IMG/VR virus record: IMGVR_UViG_3300042305_001986
Span: 1-64,000 of that record
Length of the DNA stretch: 64,000 nucleotides
Source of the DNA: a virus
Reading direction: 5' to 3' (one strand)
In this document: positions 1 through 10,020 of the stretch, one piece after another
How positions within the stretch are numbered: the stretch's first letter is position 1
How the letters are laid out: the number at the start of each line of letters is the position of its first letter
Made by a program: the position numbers and the translations under genes
The notes under the pieces: model-generated
What the model was told of the DNA's origin: nothing
The model's database searches: none
What the model saw: only the letters and a program-made list of their open reading frames with translations

Positions 1-2561
1 AGTTTACATTGTGTTTTTGTGAACACATACTTATCTTTTGGATCATCAATCAAAAGGTTGTCACGGACAATTTCATCAAACACCACCAAAAGAGGTTCAA
101 TTCGTTTGTTGATCGTATTGATTGCTCGGGGGACATTATATTCTCCCACCTTATCGGGGTTGTTTTCAATATCTTGTGGATCTAAACGATAACAGTTAAT
201 AGTCAACTCATCCTTTTTCTTTTGGACATCTCCGTGAGATTGACGGGTTCCGTTATTTACGTAATAAATTACATCACCAAGATCTACCTTCAGGTTTTCT
301 TTAATCGCAAGTTCCATATGTGCCATCCGTGACATCGGATTTCCTGCGGTGGTTTTCATTCCACACCTTTTGATATAATCTTCAATAGATAGTTTTACTT
401 TTGCTCTGTTTGCAATTTTTAACAAAGGAATTTGACGGTTATAAATCCGATCTATGTATTCGTAGTAATACGCAACGAAACCTTCACCATCACCTGCGAG
501 AAGCATTGTCAATCCCTTGTCAATAAATTCCTCAATATAGATCGGAAGTTTTTTTGATTTAATGGTATTTCCCACAAGTTTAATTTTTCCTTTTGCCGTT
601 ACAAGAGCATAGTTCTTTCTTGCCACATTGATACAAGAAGGCCAAACCCCGTCGGTATCCAAAGCCATCTCTCCCCTCATATAGATGTCATTATACTCGG
701 CTACGTGAGCTTCAGTACCCTTATATACCTTTCCCTTCTGAACTTTCCAATTCAATCCCTTTCCGATATATTCATAATCTTCTACATCGGATGGAGAAGA
801 GAAGTTAACACCATCAGTATCCATAACGAGTGGGTCAAATCCCTTGTCCATAAAGAACTTGATCATCTGACGCAAATATTGTCTTCCCGTACAAGTGATC
901 TGTTCGCCCATATACATATCACCCCAATGGAATACTTGAGGGGCGGACAACGCACCGAACATAGAGTTAATAAAGATCTTAATCGGAAGCTGTTTTCTGT
1001 TATATTGTGATGACAACTTAGGATTGGTGGAATAATGCTCTTCGGCAAGTTCTTTATATTGAATCCTTGCGTCACGGAAAAACTTAAGCATACCCTTCAT
1101 CGCATTGGTCACATCACATTCAGGAAAAACATCGTGAACAAGTTGAATGGAAGGATAAAGAGAAGAGAAGTCAAGTTTCAAAACATTTTCAGAATAACCC
1201 ACCTTAATTAGTCGTGACAATCCTCCCACGAAGTTGGTTTTTTCTTCTTTTGCGGGAATGGCAAGTTTATGTTTATAAGACCATGCGAGCATAAGCATCT
1301 TCCACAGGGTTGCCGTTCCCATCGTTGAAACCCTTTCATAGGTGGTGGGAAGCATGGATGCAAGAAGGAATGATGCTTGGTTATATTCTTCATCCACAAC
1401 CATCGTTTCCTCCAAGTCACCATCAAGGTATTTCTCCACAAGTTCCATACCCGTCACCTTTTGGTAAATACCGGGAAACCGAACATCCAAATCCTTAAAC
1501 TCTTCCTTATCTTTTCTCCAATTTCCGTTTTGGATATTTAACCAAAAGTTTTCATTATCCCGATAAAAAGGACCGATGTCTGTGTGATCAATATAAACAC
1601 GATTTTCCTTGTTTGCTCCGATATATTTGGTGATATACTTAAGACCCGCCGATTTAATATCGGAGTTGATGGCTTGGGCTCTCCTCACCGCATGGATAAT
1701 ATCAATCACATTATAACCCCAAATGGAGGTTTGAACATATTTCTCCACCTCGTTGGCGAGTTTCAACATATTTTCCCTTTGAGAAATCTTTCTCTCAGGA
1801 TTAAGGGATATACAGATTTGTTTGATATCCAATCCCAAGATTTTGCACCTTTCAAAGATCCAAAACCAGTCAAAGTTGAATCCGTTATATGATCCAATGA
1901 TGGAGGGTTTGAGTTCATTGATTACCTTGAAGAATTCAATAATACCATTCTTCTCGGTTTCATCGTCATGACATTCAATAACCCGATGATAACCTTTGTT
2001 GGTTTTCATACCGATCATAAAGATACGACCGTCCTTTGGTTCCAAAGAGGTCGTCTCCAAGTCAAATACAAAACGGGTGATCTCATTATATTCAGAAAAA
2101 CCTTTGAACAACCTTTTTTCCCTTTGAATAAGATATTGTTCAACAGGTGGAAGGATCATAATCTTATCCTTTCCCTTTTCACCATAAGGATCAATCCCCC
2201 CGTCACGGAAGAATTTAATCAAACTACGATAACCGTTGAGACACTTAACCATAAAGGTCAAACCCTTCTCCAATCGCTCGTTGTCGTGGGTTTCAAGTTT
2301 TTCAATAACGATTTTGTGTTCACTGATGGCCTTTTGTTGGAGTTCTTTGGATCCATTATAGAACTTCAGAGTTCTCAAATCTCCAACCCAAGCGAAGGGA
2401 ATAAATGTGTCCCTTTGGATTGTTTTACCTTTACCAGGAATTTCTTTGATTTTATATATACAATCGTTTACGAAATCAAATTCAACGGAAACGATATGTT
2501 CTTCAGGGTCACTTCCCTCAAGGAACGACTTAATAACGTCGGGTGATGGTGCTTCTTTCAT
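1..2561 (-). CDS. polB: Family B DNA polymerase (3' end beyond the left window edge)
   Basis: Not in the ORF track (no stop in window). Manual translation from ATG 2561 (MKEAPSPDVIKSFLEG) gives, in one frame, ExoI FVFDLETTSL, motif A LKLDFSSLYPSIQ (~1172), motif B KQLPIKIFINSMFG and motif C VMDTDG (~824); still open at position 1. Confidence 0.95.
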   Translation of the reverse strand, partial: MKEAPSPDVIKSFLEGSDPEEHIVSVEFDFVNDCIYKIKEIPGKGKTIQRDTFIPFAWVGDLRTLKFYNGSKELQQKAISEHKIVIEKLETHDNERLEKGLTFMVKCLNGYRSLIKFFRDGGIDPYGEKGKDKIMILPPVEQYLIQREKRLFKGFSEYNEITRFVFDLETTSLEPKDGRIFMIGMKTNKGYHRVIECHDDETEKNGIIEFFKVINELKPSIIGSYNGFNFDWFWIFERCKILGLDIKQICISLNPERKISQRENMLKLANEVEKYVQTSIWGYNVIDIIHAVRRAQAINSDIKSAGLKYITKYIGANKENRVYIDHTDIGPFYRDNENFWLNIQNGNWRKDKEEFKDLDVRFPGIYQKVTGMELVEKYLDGDLEETMVVDEEYNQASFLLASMLPTTYERVSTMGTATLWKMLMLAWSYKHKLAIPAKEEKTNFVGGLSRLIKVGYSENVLKLDFSSLYPSIQLVHDVFPECDVTNAMKGMLKFFRDARIQYKELAEEHYSTNPKLSSQYNRKQLPIKIFINSMFGALSAPQVFHWGDMYMGEQITCTGRQYLRQMIKFFMDKGFDPLVMDTDGVNFSSPSDVEDYEYIGKGLNWKVQKGKVYKGTEAHVAEYNDIYMRGEMALDTDGVWPSCINVARKNYALVTAKGKIKLVGNTIKSKKLPIYIEEFIDKGLTMLLAGDGEGFVAYYYEYIDRIYNRQIPLLKIANRAKVKLSIEDYIKRCGMKTTAGNPMSRMAHMELAIKENLKVDLGDVIYYVNNGTRQSHGDVQKKKDELTINCYRLDPQDIENNPDKVGEYNVPRAINTINKRIEPLLVVFDEIVRDNLLIDDPKDKYVFTKTQCK

Positions 2562-2627
2562 AGTTTTTCAAATGGTTTATTAGCTGTCGGGTCATCCGAC
2601 ATTTACCTTTTGAAAAACATAAAACAA

Positions 2628-3002
2628 TTAGATCGTTAAATCAATTGAGTCCTTGACATTAATATACAAAGGTTCACGGATTGGAGTTTTTAACACACCT
2701 TTTCCAGGTATTGAAATAAAAAATTCACCTTCATATCTTCCAACCCTGTTTGTATCCTGAGATCTGAATTTATAAAAAATATAATATTCGGTATTTGTTT
2801 CAGGTTCAGAAAATTCTTTTGCCGTTATAAATGCTCTTTGATTTACGACTTTCTTGGTTCCCGTAGCAACATCATTCATAGAAAAAAAGATGGTCGCCTT
2901 TTCAAGATCATCCATAAAGTCAGTAAACATCGTTACCCCATCCTTAGTAAGTTCTACTTTAAGGAGGGGTAACGTGCTTTTTTTACTGATATTAAATTCC
3001 AT
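2628..3002 (-). CDS. Putative virion protein, stand-alone BppU-N-like beta domain; paralogue of the N-terminus of 10021..12138
   Basis: FNISKKSTLPLLKVEL..TIFFSM..YKFRSQDT..GRYEGEF aligns by eye with [37 protein letters not shown]; TATTTAT motif upstream (3044-3050). Confidence 0.55.
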   Translation of the reverse strand: MEFNISKKSTLPLLKVELTKDGVTMFTDFMDDLEKATIFFSMNDVATGTKKVVNQRAFITAKEFSEPETNTEYYIFYKFRSQDTNRVGRYEGEFFISIPGKGVLKTPIREPLYINVKDSIDLTI

Positions 3003-3011
3003 TTACTTTTA

Positions 3012-4838
3012 TTATTGACAATCTTGACAACTTTGTTGTGATGATAAATAAGTATATGATACATTACCTGGATTAGTAACTACCGCTTGTACGGTCCAAC
3101 ACTGTCCATTAGTGGTACGAACTACCTGACCTATATTCAACCCTGATGGTCCGATCATTGCCGAGGTAGTTAAATCACCACACAAACCAATTCTGTAATA
3201 AGTATCTAAAATTACATCATCACAACAAGTCCCTTCATATTCTATGTTCAAATTTTGACTTGGTAATAGTTGACTTGTTGGGACAATTGATCCCTCAATA
3301 ACACATCTAGCCAATGAAACCGATTCACCCTGTTGTAGAGTAACAGTGTTACCCGAGCTACCATCTTCACAACTTGTATAGGATATAGTAATAGAAGGTG
3401 GACATAATTGACCCGAAACACATGCGTAACTTATTTGTGATCCATAATAACATTCACATTGTGGTGATGGTGTAGGTTCAGGAGCACATTGTTCATACGC
3501 ATAACCACTTGCGAATGCTTGTTGACATGAGGTATAGATTCCGTTTGTACCTGTTGATTGACTTGGTGTATAACTAGCCGATCCTAATTGCGGTCCTTGA
3601 ATCTGATAAACAACTCCATCCAAAATAGCATAAGATCCATCAACCCACGAATTAAAACCACCCAGAAGATTAGCTTCTGTGTATATAGTAACACTCTCAG
3701 GATATCCAAATTCACAACACTGATTCAGTAACTTCCATTTGTAGACCGGTGTGTTTGTAGGTGTAACTGTAGGTGTTGGTGTTGGTGTTGATTGACAAGG
3801 ATACTCTTGAGTACACGCGTCACAATCACCAATACTTGCGGTAGAGTAACCGCTAAATGCAATGGTCTGTGGTTGATTTATCGATGCAACACCTAGTTGA
3901 TAACATTGTCCATCAACACCCACAACCATAGTTCCAACAGGATCACCCCCTAACATAGTCATATATTCAAATTGACCTGTAAAATTACAACAAGGTGTTA
4001 CTCTTCTAACAACAGCCCCATCTGTTGGTGTGTTGCTTGGTGAAGGAGTGACAGTTGCAGTAACAGTCTTAGTTGGTGTAACTGTTGGTGTTACTGTCTG
4101 TGTCGGAGTAGGTGTGACACATTGTGTAACAGTGGTACAATCAGTACATGAAGAGTATACTGTTGAAATAGTTGCAAGTGGTGTACCGGCAATTGATCCA
4201 TTCAATGCGGTTACAATATAACACTGAGCGGGATTCTGTTGGTTACCCGCCCAATAAAATGTTGATCCTATATTGATGGTATTAGTGTCAAAATCAAACA
4301 ATGTACTAATGGAGTGGTCAATACAACATCCTGAAATAGTAACCCAAAGAACTCTTTGTGTTGGAGTAACCGTAGGAGTTACGGTGTTTGTTGGTGTAAT
4401 AGTGGGTGTTTGAGTAGGTGATAAATTAGGTGTTGGTGTTATAGTTGAAGTAACTGTTTGTGTTGGTGTAATAGTATTTGTTATCGTAGGTGTTTGAGTA
4501 GAGGTTCTAGTAACTGTAGGTGTTACAGTTTTTGTTGGTGTAATAGTAGGAGTTACCGTATTCGTAGGTGTTATAGTTGGTGTAACCGTACTTGTCGGTG
4601 TTGGTGTTGGAGTAATAGTACTCACAGTTCCTTCACATACACATCCTGTGTCCCCTGAAATAACGTAACAATATTGGCCATCATAATTAATATATAATGA
4701 ACTATCAAATGTATACGGAAAATCATTGAATGTAATTCCAGTTACATAAACATATTCACTAAGACAATCAGATATATAAACATCATAATTTGTTACTCCG
4801 ATCGTTTCATTTTCTAAACCTACGACTATATTTGGCAT
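3012..4838 (-). CDS. Thr/Pro-repeat, Cys-rich mucin-like putative virion fibre/decoration protein (608 aa)
   Basis: Three TPT(V/I/N/Q)T tracts separating CC..CY..CxxC modules; no signal peptide; in an operon with similar genes. Confidence 0.7.
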   Translation of the reverse strand: MPNIVVGLENETIGVTNYDVYISDCLSEYVYVTGITFNDFPYTFDSSLYINYDGQYCYVISGDTGCVCEGTVSTITPTPTPTSTVTPTITPTNTVTPTITPTKTVTPTVTRTSTQTPTITNTITPTQTVTSTITPTPNLSPTQTPTITPTNTVTPTVTPTQRVLWVTISGCCIDHSISTLFDFDTNTINIGSTFYWAGNQQNPAQCYIVTALNGSIAGTPLATISTVYSSCTDCTTVTQCVTPTPTQTVTPTVTPTKTVTATVTPSPSNTPTDGAVVRRVTPCCNFTGQFEYMTMLGGDPVGTMVVGVDGQCYQLGVASINQPQTIAFSGYSTASIGDCDACTQEYPCQSTPTPTPTVTPTNTPVYKWKLLNQCCEFGYPESVTIYTEANLLGGFNSWVDGSYAILDGVVYQIQGPQLGSASYTPSQSTGTNGIYTSCQQAFASGYAYEQCAPEPTPSPQCECYYGSQISYACVSGQLCPPSITISYTSCEDGSSGNTVTLQQGESVSLARCVIEGSIVPTSQLLPSQNLNIEYEGTCCDDVILDTYYRIGLCGDLTTSAMIGPSGLNIGQVVRTTNGQCWTVQAVVTNPGNVSYTYLSSQQSCQDCQ

Positions 4839-4862
4839 TTTAGTATTTTTTTTAATTATTAA

Positions 4863-6437
4863 TTATCCCTGTAAATCTATGAATCCATACATCGGGAAGG
4901 TTGGGTAATTTGTAATGTTTGTTCCATTTACAGAATAAGCAACATAATACAAATCAAGATTTCCGTAATCACTATTTGGTGTAAATGTGATCGTTCCAAG
5001 ATCAATATTATTACTAGCTATTACCGAAGGATCTACAATCGGTAATGCACCGTCTCCATCTAAGAAACCTGGTCTACCTTCACAAATTGCAAATCTATAA
5101 CCTTCAGCACAAATGTGGAATCTATATGTTTGACCTCTAGTAAGTGTTACTGTTGGATTAATCGTGACATTGAAATTCGCAAAATTCCAATAACTACTTT
5201 GAACATTAGTAATACTATAATCTCTAGTTGTTGAAGCGGGTCCTGTACAACAGTTAATTAACAGAGCCTTCATGGGTGTTGAAGCAACTGGGTTAGTATT
5301 ACCCACAAAACCGGCAACAAATTGATATATACAATCATTCAATGAGAAATACATTGTGTTGAGAGACGGAGAAGGATACTGTTGAATTTGTCCCAACATA
5401 CCATAAGTCAATGGTACATAACTACCGGCACTGAAAACATAAATTTGTGAATCATCTCCAGCAACAGTTGGTCTAGGATCATTAGATCTAAAACAAATGT
5501 TAGTAGTGATATAGTTTGAATTTGATTTGAAGCTTTCAATATCTTCACAATTCAAAAAGTCACAAATATGAATTTCTTCATCATTCGGTTCACCATAAAC
5601 TGAAGAAAACGCGTTAGCGATAAATCCAACAAACTGATTATATTTACTTTCAGCACTAAAACAAGTGAACCCTAGTGGTGATACCGTTGGTGTTACCGTT
5701 CTTGTTGGTGTAACTGTAGGTGTTTTTGTTGGTGTAGAGGTCTTTGTAAGAGTTGGTGTTGGTGTAAGTGTATTGTTAGGTGTTTGTGTGACAGTGGGTG
5801 TTGTTGTATTCGTTGGTGTTTGAGTTGGTGTTACCGGTGCCCCACAACAAATCTCATCTCGAAGATCAATATTTAATATACCATCACCTGATGGTGTTGC
5901 TTGACTGATAAGGATACTATTCAAATAAACACAACCAAGAATTTCATAAGGTTCGTTTAGTCCCAAACTTACCTCCGTAGAAGTTTGATCACATAAAGTA
6001 TAATTTACTTTTATAGTGTCAGGACAAAATGATCCAAACTGTACATCAGGACAATTATATAATAGTTCAATATCTTCATAACACAAACACTGTCCACTTG
6101 GTGTTACTGTAGGTGTTGTTGTTTTTGTTGGTGTTGTTGTTTTTGTTGGTGTTATTGTTGGTGTTACAGTATTGGTAGGTGTTGGTGTTGGCGTTACAGT
6201 ACCAACAACATTTTCACAGATACATCCAGTATCTGCTGAAATTATGTATTCATAACATGTTACATTCGGTAAACCAATCTCGTCAGAACTAAGGTCTACG
6301 TAAATTGGAAAGTCGGATGAAGTGATATCGTTGGCAACCAAAATGTTACCACCACCTGTACAGTTACTAACATATACATCATATAAAGTAGCTCCTACGG
6401 CCGCTTCAGTTAAATTTATTTCAATTGTTGTTGGCAT
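4863..6437 (-). CDS. Thr/Pro-repeat, Cys-rich putative virion protein (524 aa) with C-terminal NPTVTLTRGQTYRF beta domain
   Basis: N-terminal ~75 aa paralogous to 3012..4838 (YDVYvSxC..DFP..ISxDTGCxCE); two TP tracts; the NPTxTLxRGxTYxF motif is typical of phage fibre/baseplate proteins. Confidence 0.7.
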   Translation of the reverse strand: MPTTIEINLTEAAVGATLYDVYVSNCTGGGNILVANDITSSDFPIYVDLSSDEIGLPNVTCYEYIISADTGCICENVVGTVTPTPTPTNTVTPTITPTKTTTPTKTTTPTVTPSGQCLCYEDIELLYNCPDVQFGSFCPDTIKVNYTLCDQTSTEVSLGLNEPYEILGCVYLNSILISQATPSGDGILNIDLRDEICCGAPVTPTQTPTNTTTPTVTQTPNNTLTPTPTLTKTSTPTKTPTVTPTRTVTPTVSPLGFTCFSAESKYNQFVGFIANAFSSVYGEPNDEEIHICDFLNCEDIESFKSNSNYITTNICFRSNDPRPTVAGDDSQIYVFSAGSYVPLTYGMLGQIQQYPSPSLNTMYFSLNDCIYQFVAGFVGNTNPVASTPMKALLINCCTGPASTTRDYSITNVQSSYWNFANFNVTINPTVTLTRGQTYRFHICAEGYRFAICEGRPGFLDGDGALPIVDPSVIASNNIDLGTITFTPNSDYGNLDLYYVAYSVNGTNITNYPTFPMYGFIDLQG

Positions 6438-6449
6438 CTCTTTTATTTT

Positions 6450-8759
6450 TTATTCTAAAACATATGTTGTGTTTATGTTATTAAAGGTAGCTGGATCTCC
6501 ACTATATACCAAAACTGTTACTGGTTCGGGAATGAATCGTTCGACTTTAAACCAATCAGGATTATTTTCATCAATTAAACTTACTCTATGTGTGGCATAG
6601 TTTTTATAATACATTTGATTGGATGTTGTTCCTGTAGGTGTTAATGTTGTGTAAATATTAGGACAAGTAACAGAACTATATTCAGGGAAAAGTTGACTTG
6701 TGTTATTATAATTACGTGGGACCACTTCATTCAATTTCTTATGTGTCACCCAATAATGAGATACCAAATTAAAAATATTTGGGAGAAGAGTATAACCATC
6801 AGAAATAAACGGTATTGTTACCCTTGAACCGGTTGTTGAACTTGCGTTCAAGGTCAAAGTTAATCCATTGTTTATACTGTTTATTCTATTTTGAATACAT
6901 TGGTAAAAACAACTACTTGGTAAAATTCCGTTAGATAAATTATTATAGCTAATTTGTAAAGTATACCCATTTGTCTGTGTTAGACCGGTTGTAATTAAGG
7001 ACTGCTTTGGTAAAACATATTGTTTCAACGGTGTGTTATCACCACAAGGTACTGCGGGGTTACTTTCACTAAATCTTATTGAGAATGTATAGGTTTCATA
7101 ATAAGTCTGTAAAGAAGAATCAGTGAAATTTGGATTAAACGAATTCCGAGCACTTATATATGACTGATAATAGAAATCGAATAACTCGAAATTACTAAAA
7201 GTCATTAAAATTGTTGAACTTAAATTTCCCGAGTTATATGTTTTCGAAAAAGTTGTGGTACCCGTCATAGGATTTGCGCAACTGGTATTGGGAAGTTGTC
7301 CTAAAGGTGTTGAATTACATGAACCCGAAAAAGTTAAACTCGGAGGAAAAGTTTGTAAATTCCAACTATTGAATGGTGGTTGCCCAATAATAGAATTTGT
7401 ATTATTGATTGTTGGTCTAAAATTAAACGAATAACTCGATGATCCACCTGAAAATATAAAATTCAAAGGTTGGGGGCTTGTCCTCAACTCGGATGTATTA
7501 AAATAAGTTAATATATCATCATTCAATATTTCAGATAGAGAACATCCTGTCAAATTAAATGTAAGACCTTTTTTAGGTGAACATCCTGTATTATTTGTTG
7601 TTTGAGTAACGCTAGATAAAATAATTTTTGTTTGAGCTGATAAGTAACAAGACTCACAATCAAAATCTTCCAAACAAGTAAAGTTCAAATACCAATCAGT
7701 GTTAAAGTTTGATTGATTAGGTATAATTTCGAAAATTATGTGATCATTTGCATAATCAATATTAGTAAATCCTGTCATACAGATGACCTTTTTAAACGTG
7801 CGACTTTTAAAATTATCGTAATATAGAGTATTATCCAAGGGTACAGGATCTATCAATATAGGAAGTGTTGTAAAATTAGATGATGGTGAGTTATTTGTAC
7901 CCACTTTAAACCAATCCAATAAAAACGCGTTGTCATAATTCACACCAGAGTAAACAACTTTTATGTCATCGACAACGTCAACCCCGTTGAATGAGAATGC
8001 GATATAATTAGTACTTGGAGTAAGTTCCAACCAAACTTGTTGTACTTCGGGTATTGATTGAATATTACTTGCCGCTCCGGAAAATACCAAACAATGAGTA
8101 TATGCGGTCGCATATGGAGGACAATCTCCTGTTCCACCATCGTCACACGCATAAGCCTCAACCAACACCTCAATTGCTGGTAAACAATCTAACAAAGACA
8201 CTACCTGTACGCCATACAATTCATCGTCACTTGTAAATGTTATACCACTCAGAGAAATTGAATTAATTACAGGATAGTAAATTCCCGGTGGAACGAATAT
8301 ACCCGCAGCACCAAGTGCTGGTTGTTGATATTCGTAATCAAAAACAGGTGAACCAATTCCTGAAGTGAATTGAATTTCACCATTTTCATTATACCAATCA
8401 ATTGTGTAACCTGTTAAGTTGTTTTCACAAGATGCAGACAAAAGGCCAACATAAAGTCTACCTATACTTTGAGCGGAATATTGTGTAAACCCAAAAGAAC
8501 AATTTTCACACAAATCGCTACTTTGAACCGGAAGATAAGTACACACATCTTCATCAGTATTAATGATGTAAAGTTGTGTGGTTCCATCAGGGACACCCAC
8601 CAATGTAAATGGGCAACCATCTCCCGTCATATAAGAGATCAGTATTGGTTCCGTATTGATAGGATTGGCATATCCGTCTACGTTAGAATAAACATTAACT
8701 AAATCAGAAGTTGAAAAATCTCCTAAATCTGTTAAACAAAATTGTCCGATGAATGGCAT
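6450..8759 (-). CDS. Large Ser/Thr/Asn/Cys-rich putative virion structural protein (769 aa)
   Basis: Long ORF in the same operon; beta-rich composition; many (S/T)GxT motifs. Confidence 0.6.
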   Translation of the reverse strand: MPFIGQFCLTDLGDFSTSDLVNVYSNVDGYANPINTEPILISYMTGDGCPFTLVGVPDGTTQLYIINTDEDVCTYLPVQSSDLCENCSFGFTQYSAQSIGRLYVGLLSASCENNLTGYTIDWYNENGEIQFTSGIGSPVFDYEYQQPALGAAGIFVPPGIYYPVINSISLSGITFTSDDELYGVQVVSLLDCLPAIEVLVEAYACDDGGTGDCPPYATAYTHCLVFSGAASNIQSIPEVQQVWLELTPSTNYIAFSFNGVDVVDDIKVVYSGVNYDNAFLLDWFKVGTNNSPSSNFTTLPILIDPVPLDNTLYYDNFKSRTFKKVICMTGFTNIDYANDHIIFEIIPNQSNFNTDWYLNFTCLEDFDCESCYLSAQTKIILSSVTQTTNNTGCSPKKGLTFNLTGCSLSEILNDDILTYFNTSELRTSPQPLNFIFSGGSSSYSFNFRPTINNTNSIIGQPPFNSWNLQTFPPSLTFSGSCNSTPLGQLPNTSCANPMTGTTTFSKTYNSGNLSSTILMTFSNFELFDFYYQSYISARNSFNPNFTDSSLQTYYETYTFSIRFSESNPAVPCGDNTPLKQYVLPKQSLITTGLTQTNGYTLQISYNNLSNGILPSSCFYQCIQNRINSINNGLTLTLNASSTTGSRVTIPFISDGYTLLPNIFNLVSHYWVTHKKLNEVVPRNYNNTSQLFPEYSSVTCPNIYTTLTPTGTTSNQMYYKNYATHRVSLIDENNPDWFKVERFIPEPVTVLVYSGDPATFNNINTTYVLE

Positions 8760-8779
8760 ATCTTAATTATTTTTTTTTA

Positions 8780-9964
8780 TTATTGTGGTGAATCAAACGA
8801 ATAACCTTCAACATCAGGATCCAAACAAGGTAAAGTGGTTGGAGTGACAGTTGGCGTCGGAGTTTGAGTCGGTGTAAGACTTATTGTTGGAGTAATTGTC
8901 GGTGTGACACTTGGACTTGGAGTCGGAGTTGCCTCTGCAATATATGAATAACAACCCATCGCTTCAGCACAATCTATGAAGTCTGATGTACAATCAGAAC
9001 ATGGGATTGTTGGTGTTGATGTTGGAGTTGGAGTTTGAGTACTTGTTCTTGTAACAGTCGGTGTTGGTGTTGGTGTTGTGGTACATGCGGGACATATAGA
9101 GTCACTACACAACAAAGCGTCAGGTCCTGAATAGAAACCATTTAGACCGTCACCACCTGGACCAAATGGTCTATAACAATTTCCTTCATATAAAATTATA
9201 CCACCATTAGCAACCCAACCACCTTGTTGTGTTGCAGTCAATGGTACTTGAATTCCAATGTTGGGTAATCCATCACAACAAGGTCTGTAAATCCACAATG
9301 CATTTGGTATTACACTACCTTCAAATTTAACAATACCATATCTGTCAACAACAAATGGTATACCATCAGAAACAAAGTTTGAAATTACTGAGTAATTCTT
9401 TTCTACATCAGAATAATTTTTGGTCGGTAACCTTAAACTTGTTGATCCTGAGGTAAATCCTGCTGGTATACTTATGTTTGCGTATAAATCAAACTCAGTT
9501 CCCGCGGTTGATTTGAGCGTATTAACAAATTCAAAATAAGTATCACCCGTAACAACACTATTACTATAAATTGTATAAATAGCATTTGTTGATCCTGACG
9601 TATATTCAGATCTAAGAGTTAGAGTAAGACCTGTAGTTACACTACTTGGTGTTGGTGTATTTGTTGGTGCCGGTGTTCTTGTTGGTGTTGAAGTTTGAGT
9701 AGGTGTTGGTGTAGGTGTTGTAATATAAACTTGTCCTGTACATTGTGCTAATGTCGTTGGCTCTTCAACCAAATATTCAAAACAATCAACAGATCCACTA
9801 AGTACCTGTTCAACATTGAAGAAATATGGAAAACCACTATAGGGTATTGTGTCAATCGGAGACCCCCAACTTCCTGAACCACACTCTCGGACGTAAATCT
9901 CAAAATTGTAAGATCCACCCGATAGGTTTGTGTTGGTTATAGATATTTGTCCTTGTGTTGCCAT
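8780..9964 (-). CDS. Thr/Pro-repeat, Cys-rich putative virion protein (394 aa)
   Basis: Three TP tracts; central domain and CC..CY module shared with 10021..12138; TATTTAT motif at 9978-9984. Confidence 0.7.
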   Translation of the reverse strand: MATQGQISITNTNLSGGSYNFEIYVRECGSGSWGSPIDTIPYSGFPYFFNVEQVLSGSVDCFEYLVEEPTTLAQCTGQVYITTPTPTPTQTSTPTRTPAPTNTPTPSSVTTGLTLTLRSEYTSGSTNAIYTIYSNSVVTGDTYFEFVNTLKSTAGTEFDLYANISIPAGFTSGSTSLRLPTKNYSDVEKNYSVISNFVSDGIPFVVDRYGIVKFEGSVIPNALWIYRPCCDGLPNIGIQVPLTATQQGGWVANGGIILYEGNCYRPFGPGGDGLNGFYSGPDALLCSDSICPACTTTPTPTPTVTRTSTQTPTPTSTPTIPCSDCTSDFIDCAEAMGCYSYIAEATPTPSPSVTPTITPTISLTPTQTPTPTVTPTTLPCLDPDVEGYSFDSPQ

Positions 9965-10020
9965 TTAATTTTTTTTTATAAATAGATTAATTTAGGTAAA
10001 ATTTTGATTAATTTAAAAAT

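Noticed and set aside
705-2546. Short ORFs listed at 705-2546 on both strands
   Set aside because: Shadows or alternate frames of the minus-strand DNA polymerase, which the track missed because it has no stop in the window.
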